Shown piece after piece: positions 9,828 through 20,757 of a stretch of DNA of 64,000 bases. Below the pieces are notes generated by a model. The model saw only the letters and a list, made by a program, of their open reading frames with translations. It made no database searches and had not been told where the DNA came from. How positions within the stretch are numbered: the first letter of the stretch is position 1; each line of letters begins with the position of its first letter. The translations under genes and the position numbers were made by a program. Source of the DNA: Euglena gracilis (Eukaryota); assembly GCA_039621445.1 (NCBI GenBank), contig CP154954.1, positions 47,161,847 to 47,225,846 on the forward strand. The letters are read 5' to 3'.

Positions 9828-12001
9828 CCTGTGGGGGAGGGGGTGTGGTCAAAAATATCTGGCGCTTTGCGCCGGAAAAAAAGCCAAAACCTTGCCAGGG
9901 GATCATAAAAACCCACAAGGGCTTTGTGTGTTTCAAATTTCGAACATTTTCCAAAAATACCAAAACATCAACAAATGTACAACATGCTTAAAAATGGAAA
10001 AAAACCTTTTTATATATTTTCTGGCGCGCAGTGCGAAAGAAAAACTTTGCTATCTTTAGACGTGCTTGGATTTTTTGAGGGGGCAGGGGCGGGGGGGGGG
10101 GGGATGGGCCAGCTTCTTTTCAGGAACCCCAGCCATTTTCCAAAAATTTTCGGCGAACCCGCCTCTGGCCTGGGACCCCCCGGACGGGGGGTTCCCAGGC
10201 TCCAGACCAGTCGAGACTTCCCCCCCTCCCACCCAGGGGTTTTTTAAGATCGGGGGCCCCACCAGGGTTTGACGTAGAGCTGGAGACCACCCCGGCCCGG
10301 CCCGGGAAAATCGCTCATTTTCGGCTCAAAAACAGTTTTTCTGGGTCGGGGAGGCCAAAAAACATCGTTTTGGGGCCAAAAAAATTTTTCGATTTTTTTC
10401 GACTTTTTTTTTTGACCGGTTTTGACCCAAAGTCATGGGTTGGTGGCCCAAAACGGGGCGCTGGCGGGTCGAAAAACGCTCATTTTCGGCTCAAACACAG
10501 GCTTTCCGGGTCCGGGAGGCCAAAAAACATGGTTTTGGGGCAAATTTTTTTTTCGACTTTTGACCCGGTTTTGACCCAAAGTCAATGGGTTGGCGGCCCA
10601 AAACGGGGCGCCGGCGTTTTCGAGATATTTTGAATTTTTCGATTTTTTGACCCCAAAATCACCCTGCAATTTCCCCAGAAAAAAAAAACGGTAGACAACT
10701 TTTTTGCTCGGGCCATATCTCCGGACTGGCGGGGAGTTACGGGTAACCGAAGGTCTCTGGAGAAACTAGGGACCCTCTCCTAACCTATGGGCTATTCACT
10801 TTGGAGGCCCGGAAATCCAATCACATCGATAATCCTCGGGGGCCATTGCCTACCCAGGGGGGGGGGCGGGGGGGTCGGACCCCCCCGTCGCCGGGGTGGT
10901 AAGCTTCGCTCTTACTCTAAAGAGATAAGAGCTCAGCGACCCCCTCCCTGGGGGGGGGTCCCGGGGGACCCACTCAAAAATCGCGAAAAATTCCAATAGC
11001 ACCTCTTTCAAAAAATTTCGGTGCCGAAAAGTATATCCCACTCCCCCCTGGGGGGCTTGGCCGGACCCACTCCCCCCCCCCGGGTTCCGCGACTAAAAAA
11101 AAGCCCCTGCTCCTACCTCGAAACTGAAGGGGGAAAATTTTCGGTTTTGTGGAAGACCTGGACACCACGTCGGAAGGAAAATTCGCAATTTTTGGAACTA
11201 TGGGGGGGGTCCCCTCCCAACACCCCGGGGGGTCCGGACCGTACCATTGCTTACCAACCAACCGGGAGAGGTCACTTTCCACTTTCAAAAAAACCAGTCA
11301 GTGACCCCCCCTCACTGCCTCAAAACCGAAGGGCTTCCCATCTATCCCTGCCCAGGGGGTCCAGCCCCAAACCCAACCATCTCCCGGGGGGGGGGGGGGT
11401 GTTCTGACTTAAAGACACCTGGTGGGGGGGGGATGATTGGAGACACAAGGATGTTGCAGATATTAGAAATGTCCGGAAGCTGGACTTGAGGTTTTGTGCG
11501 ACCCCAGAGGTGAGTCAGTGGTGAAAGCAGCAAGATTCTGTTTGAGGACACAGAGAACCTGTGATCCTTTTGGCTTGCATGGGCATTGAAAGAATCCAAG
11601 CTGTAAGCTGAAGAAAAAAGGTCAGATGAAGAGAAAAGGTTGGCTGGCAGGCTTGACCAAAAATACCCAAAGAAGCCAAGCTCAGTTACGTTTTACATCA
11701 AAATTTTGGGGTGAACCCCAAACCCTCAAAACGAAAATTGATTGGCAAACCACCATTTTGACAATCATATCTAAACTTTCCATGCTAAACACCGAAAAGT
11801 TTCGGCTCATTATTTCCAAACAAATTATGGCGAGAAAGTTTTTTCTCCAGAAGCAGTTTTGCCAAACAGAATCGGGGCGTGGAGTCACATCTCTATGGCC
11901 AGTGGAGTCAAGGGTCACGGATTACATTGACTTTGGTTCGTCGAAGTCAACCGGTTCAAAAGGGTCAAGCTGGTCAGGTATCGGTCGCGCGAATCCGTGA
12001 A

Positions 12002-15000
12002 TTGGGAACAGAATCCGCTGGATTTTCCAGAAAAAAAATGTTAACAAGATTCTTTCTTTCAGAAAAATGTGATGTTTCCATTCATGCAGACCTCTGGGGA
12101 AACGCAGAGGACAATGGAATCAAATGCCTTTTTGTTTTCAATCAACCCACCCACCCAAAACCCTTGCAAAAAAAGTCTTCCGGCCAAGTGGACAGACAAT
12201 GCGGGACCATGGTGCATCCAATCTTTTTCTTTTGGTGGGGGAGGGTTCCAACAGGATTCTGGGTATTGGTGTCCGTACCGATTCATGCCACTGGGCCCAT
12301 ATGAAGGTTGAAAGCCGTCGTAGTTCTCAGCGGGCGGTGGGGGTGTGGGCAGACATTCACTTGGTGTATATCATAATGTCGCTGTGATGTGCAAGTGATA
12401 CACAAATTTCTTTGTGGTATTGCCTTTGGCCCTTCTTGTCTGTGTGTGTGGAGGTGGTCTTCCGAGTGAAAAATATGTCGAAACTGTGATCTTTGATATG
12501 CACTGGCCCCCCAAAAAATCAAAAAGACAATAAAAAAGGACAAAAAGTTTGGTATCAGGAACAATTGGGCCCAGATCATACCATTGCTTGGCGACCCCCC
12601 CCGGGGGGGTCACTTTCCACTCTGAAAAAACCAGTCAGTCACTTTACCCCCCCCCCCCCGGGGGGATCAGCCACTCTTCAGGAGCAATGAAATATTGCCA
12701 AAAAGTCTCAAAAAATCGAAAAAATTTCCGGCGCCTTTGGCGTCACTTTTTCATTTTCGGGCCTACCCCACCCCCCAGGGGGGGGGGGGGCTCTTGGCCA
12801 AAAACCAGTCAGTCACTCTGAAAAAACCAGTCAGTCACCCGCCGGGGTGGGGTAGGACAGGTGTTGAGCAATGGTGTGGCCCAGATCAAATCATTTCAGA
12901 GAAACTCAAGAAATTGCAGGGAACAAAAAACGTGTCGCATTTTTGTCACCTGCTTTTTTCGTGATACACATTTAATGCACTAAAATTTTGGTGATATATG
13001 TGATGCACAGTGATACACAATTTTTTTTGCTGATGCAATAAATGAACGTCTGGGTGGGGGTGGCGGGAGCATGGTGCCAAAAGACTCCGGCTCGGTAGGG
13101 TAGCCAGACACAGGACATTGCGAAACAGCCAAACAGGCAAGAAAGAAAAGAATTTGCAAAAGAAGTTTCGCACATGCCCTGGGAACTGTAATATGATGAG
13201 GGATCCTCAACTTGCGGTGGGGCACCTTCAAGCCTTGGTCTTCCCCTTGCAGGACGCGGCTTGCAAGCGGCAAAAGCAATCCAGATGCCCTTCCCAGAAT
13301 ATTTTTCATGACCTTGAGCTGTAGGATCCAGGCTTCTGAGATGAGGAAATCATTCTACGAACAGAAAATATGGGGTGAAGATGGACTGCGCAACCAGCAA
13401 CCTGAACCATCCGGTTTGGCCAAAGAAGCTTTTGGTGGAAAAAAAGTAAAATGTCGCCATTTGTGGGGAAGCGATTGAATTGTCACTGTCAATCACAAAT
13501 AAAACTTGGAAGCCACCACATTCTTGCTCTTTGTTTGGAAGAAGTTTCTTCTTGAATTTTTTTTAGAATTTTCTATCAAAATGGTGAAGCCTTCTGCAAA
13601 AGGTCAAAAGGCATTTACAGGAGCCTGGTTGGATCCATCACATATCCATGCAAAGCGACCAAAGCATGAACTGCACTTTCAACAGAATCCATCTTGATCT
13701 TTTGCAGACAGGTGCTTGCAGTTGATTCCTCATACAACCAGGAGAAAGGCAACCCACCCATTTCGAGAACCAAAGGTTTCTGTATAATTTTGATTGTTGT
13801 CATCTGCACCAAGGTTCCTTCAAGAGAAAGACCCCTGGTGCCCCCCCCACCCTGGCTGACCAGGGGAAGGTCCCAAGGGGGAGGGGAACAACCCACCCAC
13901 CCAGGGTGGCGCCCCCCCCCGGGGGGGGGGGGCGGGGACCCCCCCCAAAATCGGGCCCGTTAAAGGCAATTTTCAAAAACTTTCGGCGCTTTGCGCCGAA
14001 AAGGTATACCCAGCGCCTCCGGCGCGGGACCCTCCCCCCCCCCCGGGGGGGTCCGGCCCAGACCCACCCACCCACCCCTCCCCCCGGGGGGGGGGGGGGG
14101 GTCAGGTGACTTAAAAAGAAGCCGGGAGGGGAAGGGGGAGGAAACCACAAAAAAAGAAGTTTCAAGTCCAAGTGAGAGTCATGGCACAAAGTGGGCCACC
14201 ATACCCCACCATGTGCATCTGGCTGATAATTTTTCCGAATCATCATTTTGTTGGCACATCGGGGGACCCATTAAACTGTTTGAGTGCCCGAAGGGAATCA
14301 ATTAAAAGTCCCCAGGGGGGGGGATAAACCCCCACACCCCCCAAGAATGGGGGCCCCACTTATTCCATGTGTACCCAGCGAATGTGGTTGGACAATTAGG
14401 TGCTGAAGGATCCGACCAAAAAATCGGTGGAACACGATTTTTTCTAAAAAGGCTTGGAACGCCAGGGAGGGTGCCCAAAGGGCTTTGTGGACCCCGGGGT
14501 TCTCACCAGAGACAGGGTTTGGAGTTTTTCTTGGTTATTCGTGGAAAGCGTGGGAAAAAATATTTTGACCCCCCCCCGCATACACTCTGCCATTACGGGA
14601 GTCAGATGGGAGGTGGGGGGGTCGGGTCGACCCAGGCTTGGGAATGTCGGAGGAGGGGGGTGGGGGGACCCCATTCCAAAACCAGGGGGTACCACGTACC
14701 TCCTGTCTGCGGAGCTTCCCATACAACACTGACCCCCTATGACACCCACTCAAAGAAAATTCCCTTGGTGCCGAAGGAAAACTTTGACCAAAAATTCGGC
14801 GCCCCCGAAAATAAGGCCTGGGGGTGGGTTGGACTCCCCCACCACCCACAGGTTTGCGGGGATCCTTGTGCAGCTGTGGGTTGACCCGGCTGGCACCCGT
14901 AGCAAGGCAAAAAAAAAGCCCAAATCCAACCAGCCTGGTTTCCAGCCTGATTCTTGAGTGGAAAACCAAAAAAAATGGCCAAAAAAATGGCAACAAGTTA

Positions 15001-17273
15001 TTTTTGAAGTCTCTTTCCAAAAAATCCCACAAACTTTCGCTGCGGGAGCCAAATTGCTGCTCAACACACAGATCACTTGATTTGGGCTCGGTGTGTGCTG
15101 CTTCTGAGCACTTGCCTGCTTGTGGCCCTGGTGTTGTCTGTCTTGAACAGTTCACAACTTTGAACAGCACCATACTGCCAAAACAGGGAAGCCAAAGCCT
15201 CAGGATCCAAAGGAATGTTGCAAGATATGTGCAGCGTGTCGCACGGTGGGCGGATGTGATCGAAGTTCCTGCTCTCTGGCTTCCGGAAACGATGCATGTC
15301 AGAGTTGCTGAAATCTTGGGTAAGACCATCGTCCTCTGCTCCTGTTGACATCAAATAGGGGTGATGCAACCAGACTGATATTTTGGTGCTCTTTCTTTCC
15401 AACCGGCCTGCCCGAGTCAGGAATTTTCTTGCGGAATCTCCTGGGGGGAGAGGGGGGCCAGCTGGAAAAAGGTGCTGGCTGGACACCCCGGGGGGCTGGC
15501 AGCGGCACTCAGTGGGTACCCCACCCAAAAGCAGGCAAAAAAATCCAAGTCTGGCTGGGCCTGTTGGGTTGGAAAAAAAGGTGGGGTGGGCTCCCCTCCA
15601 GTTTTCACATTTTTTTGCAGTGACACCCCGGGGGTTTGTATCAAAAGCCATTCAAGTGATTGCATCGTTCCGCCACCAGAATGCGAGGAAAGGAAATTCC
15701 ACTCCTCGAAAGTTAGGGACTTGACTTGGAACAGAAATTGATCCAAAATGCTGACCAATCTCTGACAAAATTCGAAAACTTGGGGTGAATGAGGGAGTGG
15801 GATTTTACGCTTCAAATTTTGGTAAAACTCCAAGCCTGACTGCAGGCTAAAAGTTATGCTGCATGCCCAAGACCGATTCCCCACCACAATTCTCAATAAA
15901 ATTTGGTGAGGGTCGCAGAGCGACGGAAGGGTTGGCAGCTGATTGTGATAAAAACCGTCAGGAAAACGCTCATCACTGATCAATTGTTGCCAGAAAAAAA
16001 CCCGGAAACCCAGAATTGAGACCAGCCTGTGCGTGACCAGCTGACTTGGAGAATCTTTCCGATGAGAGGGCATCTGTTCAAGTTGGTGAGTGCCGACCAG
16101 GCTTGGCTGGAGTCCCGGACAATTGACAGCCATTCTCACCAGGTCAATCTATTCTCTTCTTATTTTCTTTCCCCCCTATCCTCTGTCTTTCCTACGCTTC
16201 CTGAACAGCTTTTTCACCTTCATGACATCTCCTGCTGTGCCAAATAAGTTGAACAGTATCTGTGGCGTTGCCCTTTCATCCACATTTTTAACCCACAAAA
16301 CACGTTGATAAGAAGTCGCTGGAGGAGCAGGATACAACTGTGCCTGCTGTTGCCACATTTGGCTGCCATCATCTTGCGGTTGTTGTGGTGGTGGTGGCTG
16401 ATAGGTCATGGTGCTGGATGTTCCGTAGGCGGGTTGCATTGGTGGAGGAGGAGCTGCTGGGGGAATTCCAGTGGAAGCCATGGGATAAGCTGGAGGTCCC
16501 AGGGCACCTGGCGGAGTTGAGAGCAAGGACGGTTGTCCCTGGTTCTCAACTGTGTAATCCTTTGCACACAACTTTGCATCAATGGAAGTTAGTCTTCAGC
16601 AGACGCCAACTTGCACTGTTTGATTTGAAAAAATAAAATGTATTCAGAAATCAAAAGGCTGTGAGTTGGCGTTTGACCGGGAGAATTGAATCTGCATGTG
16701 GCAAGATCCAGTAAAAATGTGTTTTCCATTGAACTGCTCTTTTGCGGTGGCAGCTTCTTGAACACTCTCCATCTCCACAAAGCCTTGAATTTGTCCATTC
16801 TTGGGTGATATTGCAACTTTCCGCACTCGTCCAGCCATGGAAAACACTTGGTACAAAGTGTCAACATCCACGGGATGAAGGAGCAGAGTGACCAGGACAA
16901 ATAGAATGTTGTTTGGAGGCGTTTCATGCAAATCAGTGTGCAGTGTCAGATTTTGCCTGTCCGAGTACACAACCTTTACGTGCTTCCCACGTACAATGGT
17001 GTTGCCTCCGGTGTTGTGCATGAATTTTTGGGCTGACTGTAGGGAAGCAAACTCGACGAAAGCCTCCTTCTTGTTCAACAGCTTCAGGATATTTGTGACA
17101 ACACCAAAAGGTGCACATGCAGCATTAATCTCGGAGTCAGTTGCATAGTCTGGTAGGTGGCGGAAGTAGAGTACCCGGCTTGGACTACTCATCAATCCGG
17201 ATTGCCCAAACCTATCGCCAGCCTCTGCAGTAGGTGGTCTTCTCACACCGCCAGGAACGTCATTCAGGAACAT
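12002..17273 (-). CDS. Polypyrimidine-tract-binding / hnRNP-L-like protein, 4 RRMs, about 559 aa, 9 exons
   Basis: Exons 17273-16679, 16594-16196, 16134-16033, 15365-15122, 13699-13631, 13323-13185, 13105-13056, 12344-12265, 12003-12002 sum to 1680 nt in frame. PTB-like motifs: PSRVLYFRHLP, PPNNILFV, GSCHMQIQFS, LTQDFSNSDMHRFRKPESRNFDHIRPPCDTLHIS, IKMDSVESAVHALVALHG. The intron 2 boundary is uncertain. Confidence 0.88.
12004..12264 (-). other. PTB intron 8, 261 nt, nonconventional, splits the stop codon
   Basis: accCAGaatcctgttgga / tccagcggattCTGttccc stem; the join reads caa t|aa. Confidence 0.72.
12345..13055 (-). other. PTB intron 7, 711 nt, nonconventional; decayed copy of the tgtatcac hAT-like element
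   Basis: CAGacgttcat / gtgaatgtCTG 11-bp stem; TSD relic cccccacc / cccacacc; both ends homologous to the elements at 20758 and 37447. Confidence 0.85.
12577..12878. mobile_element. MITE with 8-bp TSD nested in PTB intron 7
   Basis: TIR cataccattgct / agcaatggtgtg; TSD gcccagat at 12569-12576 and 12879-12886. Relatives (aaaaccagtcagt motif) near 7140-7240, 11240-11310 and 30650-30960. Confidence 0.85.
13106..13184 (-). other. PTB intron 6, 79 nt, nonconventional
   Basis: tccCAGggcatgtgcgaaac pairs with gtttcgcaatgtcCTGtgtct; joins in frame. Confidence 0.8.
13324..13630 (-). other. PTB intron 5, 307 nt, nonconventional with 7/8 TSD relic
   Basis: aacCAGgct / agcCTGgatcc; 8 nt before CAG = gatccaac, 8 nt after CTG = gatcctac; restores MDPTAQ..GKGIWIAFA. 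Confidence 0.82.
13700..15121 (-). other. PTB intron 4, 1422 nt, nonconventional, contains nested repeats
   Basis: aagCAGgcaagtgct / agcacctgtCTGcaaaa (11/12 paired); joining gives TRATIKMDSVESA (RRM4 RNP1 region). Confidence 0.82.
15366..16032 (-). other. PTB intron 3, 667 nt, nonconventional
   Basis: gcaCAGgctggt / atcagtCTGgttgc stem; joining gives WSHHPYLMSTGAEDDGLTQDF, which matches the PTB RRM3-RRM4 linker. Confidence 0.85.
16595..16678 (-). other. PTB intron 1, 84 nt, nonconventional/intermediate
   Basis: ggtCAAacgccaact pairs with agttggcgtCTGctgaa (11/12). A 1-nt slide gives GT...AAG and the same mRNA. Confidence 0.8.
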
Positions 17274-17376
17274 TCAGCGACCTTTCGCCTTCAAGGAAGA
17301 AGAAAAATCATTGAAAAAGGGTTGTAGTAATTCCTAATTCCCACACACAAAAGAACTTTTCTGTTCGAGACCAAAG

Positions 17377-17826
17377 ATGGCTGAGGAGCAAACTCCAGCG
17401 CCCGCAGAACATAAAGAGGGAACTGCGAACACCATCAGTGTTAGCTTGCAGCGATCTCCTGTGTTCTATGCTAACCTTACGAAGCGATTCCTTCATGGTT
17501 CTCCTTCTTTTTTTAAAGGACTGCAGACAATTTGTTTTGTTTTTTTAGGTGGTGAACTGGAAGTCAAGCTTACAGGTTTAGGTGATGCCACCACAACCGT
17601 TGTTGGTGCCTGTGAGATTCTCAAGAGACAAGAAGGGTTAGTCACGGTTTGCTTCGGAAAGGAATATTTACCACGTCAAAATTCCTCTTGCCTGTAGGTT
17701 ACAAAGGTTGAAACTTCGCTCTCTGAGCGTGGTCAAGCACGCTTGATGGTTGTTGTTACGAAGGGACCAAAGTTCGATGAGTTGGACAAGGACCCAGCGG
17801 AGAAGGGGGAGGCAAAGGCGGTATGA
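17377..17826 (+). CDS. Alba-domain DNA/RNA-binding protein, 115 aa, two 51-nt GT-AG introns
   Basis: Introns 17498-17548 and 17647-17697. Spliced protein NTISVSLQRSPVFYANLTKRFLHGGELEVKLTGLGDATTTVVGACEILKR..VTKVETS..ARLMVVVTKGPKFDEL is typical of eukaryotic Alba. Confidence 0.9.
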
Positions 17827-18441
17827 CACTGTAGTTACGTCACCATCCTTATGAATTTATCTTTCAGGGCGCTGAGAAGGACTCCACAGGTTTGCAACTC
17901 TGTGACACGGAAACTTAAGAATTGGGATTTTTTCCAAGTGGTATTTCTTCTTTTCTTTGTGCAACATCCATCGGTCACTCAATTCGATGTTGTTAATTGA
18001 AGAATTTGGCCCTTTGACATGAATACACTGTGCCGGAATTTCCAGCATTTTTCCAGCACCTCCGAAAAGTGCCAAGAGCCACAGGAAAAGTTGCCTCCAC
18101 AAATGAATGAATTCAAGAAAATTTGAGTGAAAAAAGAGTTGATCCATTGAACAACAAAGGAAACTGAATTTTTCAGAAAAAGAAAAAAATTTGATGAACG
18201 TTGGACAAAAAATTTCTTCCCATCTTTTTCCCCATCTCAACACATTTTCCCCTCCTTGTTGGGAAGGGACCAATTGTGCAGAAGAAGGGCGCAAGGAATT
18301 CTTCTTCGACAAATTTTGTGGTGCTGGCAGGCACTGAATTATCCCCTTCACCCAACGACCCTGACACCTGGCCAAAATCCTCTGCTTTGCCCGAGTGACG
18401 TGATGGCACTTTTTTTCGCTGATTTTTGTGCATAAAAAGCC

Positions 18442-19412
18442 TCTGATACGAAAACTGTGTTCAGAACGCAGCCCGAACCGGCGTTCCGGAACACGGCTTC
18501 ACACCCGAACCGGCGTTCTGAACACAGTTGTTGAACCCGTGGATTAGAGGCTCTGCTTCACGCCCGAACCGGCGTTCAAGGAATCACGGCCAATTTCGGC
18601 CTAAATACCACCCCCCCCCTTTATTGTCCCACCGACCTGCCCCCGGGAGGCCCGACTGGACAATAAAGGGGGGGGGGACAATAAAGGGGTACCAAAGGAA
18701 TTTCATTGGCCGGGCTTGTGACAGATTGGCCACGGGGGGGGGGGGGGGGGGGGGGGGGGGGGAACCTTTTTGAGCATTTTTGACCTCCTTTGGGCGAAGG
18801 GCCATGTCGATCGGTCGATTGAAGTTTTCACAAATGTGATGCCATGTTACCCATCGATCGAAGCTCTTCTCAAGGGCTTTTGACAGATGGCCACAGGATT
18901 CAGCCATTATGCACACAGTGCTTGTTTTTTTTCAGCGATTGTGTGTTTCAAAATTTGACATCCTAATTTGTGAAATCCCACACCTCAGGTGCCATACAGC
19001 ATATCAATCGAAAGCTCTCCCCATGAGCTTTCATTTGGTACCCTTAGAACCACAGAGCCACACTGCACAGCGCCCTGAAAATCGCTGATCGCATGTTCCG
19101 ACCCTTTTCGCAAATTCTAAATCCACTGTTCACCTGTCATGTTGCCCCTTGTTTGAAAGCTCTTCTCTTTCAGCAGATGGCCTTAGATTTCAGCCGTGCT
19201 GCATGGTAATCTATTTCACAAAATCGCCAAGTTTGGCCAAATGGAAATTGTTGCACAAAATACCCCAATTTCTGGCCAAATACCCCCCAAAAACTGCTCA
19301 GATATGATTGCTTTTTATTTTGGTCCCCTGGACGCCGTCTTCCCGCCCGAACCGCGTTCTGGAACACGGCTTCACGCCCGAACCGGCGTTCTGGACACAG
19401 TTTTCGGATCAA
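18442..19412. mobile_element. About 1-kb dispersed element with cgcccgaaccggcgttctgg subterminal repeats
   Basis: Inverted ends (tgatacgaaaactgtgt / acacagttttcggatca); a second copy lies at about 25431-26512. Confidence 0.7.
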
Positions 19413-19574
19413 ACTGGGCTCAGCCACAATTTGTTTAAAAACGTGTTCTGTGTCAAGAACTGTGTTTGGGCCAAGAGTTAGGGGGAGCCCAGGGGCGGGG
19501 ACCGCGGCGCCGAAGGCGCCGCGGTCGCCCCTGGGCCCCCCTAAAACCTTGGCCCAAAACACTGTTCTTGTTTG

Positions 19575-20735
19575 AAAACGTGCCCAACCACAGATGCCCT
19601 CCCCTTTTTTTCCGCAGCCCTCCCACTGTGGCTAAACGCACGGCAAACTTTGTGAATGGTCTTTTGCCACCTCCCCCTAGGACGGAACTGTTCCTGGCTG
19701 CTCTCGCGGTATACCAGCAAGCTTGCTGTTGCTGCCAACTTTTTGGAGTTCGCCAAACTGTGTCAACATCGGCAAGCTTCTTATCCTGAGCTGGATGCTT
19801 TGTTGCCTGGACGGGATGGGAGCAAGGAATTTCTTAAGCCGGAGGGTACCCTACCCCCGGGGGGGGGGTCCAGCCAGCCAGCAGCTCAAATCCAGCCAGC
19901 AGCCCAAATTCGGGCTGGGAGCCCCCCCCCCCGGGGGTCGAGTGAAATAAAGTCGGGTCCAGCACGGCCGGAGGCCGGGCCAGCCGGCCGCAGGCCGACC
20001 AGCCAACTGGGCTATCCAGCTCACTTATCCCCGCATTTTCCCCCCTCATCACAGCCCCTCCATCGCAGCCCCCCAGCCTTGATCTAGCTCCACCCATCAA
20101 AATGTCGAAAATGGCAAAAATGTGCAAGAAAATTTTGTTTTTCCTCGACCCAGCCCAGCCCAGCCTGCTCCAGCCCCGGACCCCCCCCCCCCACCCCCAC
20201 CCCCCCCCCGCGGGCGGGAGCAGCCAGCAGCTCAAATCCAGCCAGCAGCCTTTTTGCCAGCCGGAGGCTGGACCCCCCCCCCCGGGGGGTCCTTAAGAAA
20301 TTCCCTGGATGGGAGCTGGAACCCACCCTGTTGTTCGATGAGGCAAGCGTCATTGAACAATGTGTGGCTCAACGTGCGCAGCAGTCGGGAACTTTGTTCG
20401 TTTCAGGGAATCGTTCGGCAACCTCTTTTCACACATACGTGAATGCCGTCGCTCGGGCATTCCGCAAAACAACTACCGAGGGAGTAGTGTTGCCTTCCTC
20501 AGAGCGCCAATTCCCCCATTTCAACGAGCTGTTTTCGCGTTCCCTGGAGCGCGAACGCGCGCGGAAGGCAGTGTCAACGGTGGTGTTGTTTGTGGTGTTG
20601 CCATTCCCAAAAATCCAAATTGTGTGGAGCGTGGTGTGTGACGCCTGCGGTTTGGCATATCATTTTCATTGCCAAGCTTTGCGGCGGCCACCAAAGTATG
20701 GCTCTTTTTTGTGTAAAGCGTGTCGTGTTCCGTGA
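19575..20735 (+). pseudogene. Degenerate coding relic ending in a PHD-like finger, probably TE-borne
   Basis: VVCDACGLAYHFHCQALRRPPKYGSFLCKAC at the end; frameshifts upstream; interrupted by the element at 19823-20307. Confidence 0.45.
19823..20307. mobile_element. MITE with 8-bp TSD (CAA...CTG ends)
   Basis: TIR caaggaatttcttaag / cttaagaaattccctg; TSD gatgggag at 19815-19822 and 20308-20315. Confidence 0.88.
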
Positions 20736-20757
20736 TGTCGTGTCAGAGTGCTCCAAG

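Noticed and set aside
14700-14735. PTB micro-exon (VLYGK) with a cagacagg/cctgtctg stem
   Set aside because: The segment matches a MITE end (same as 34342); a longer stem from 15121 gives a cleaner RRM4.
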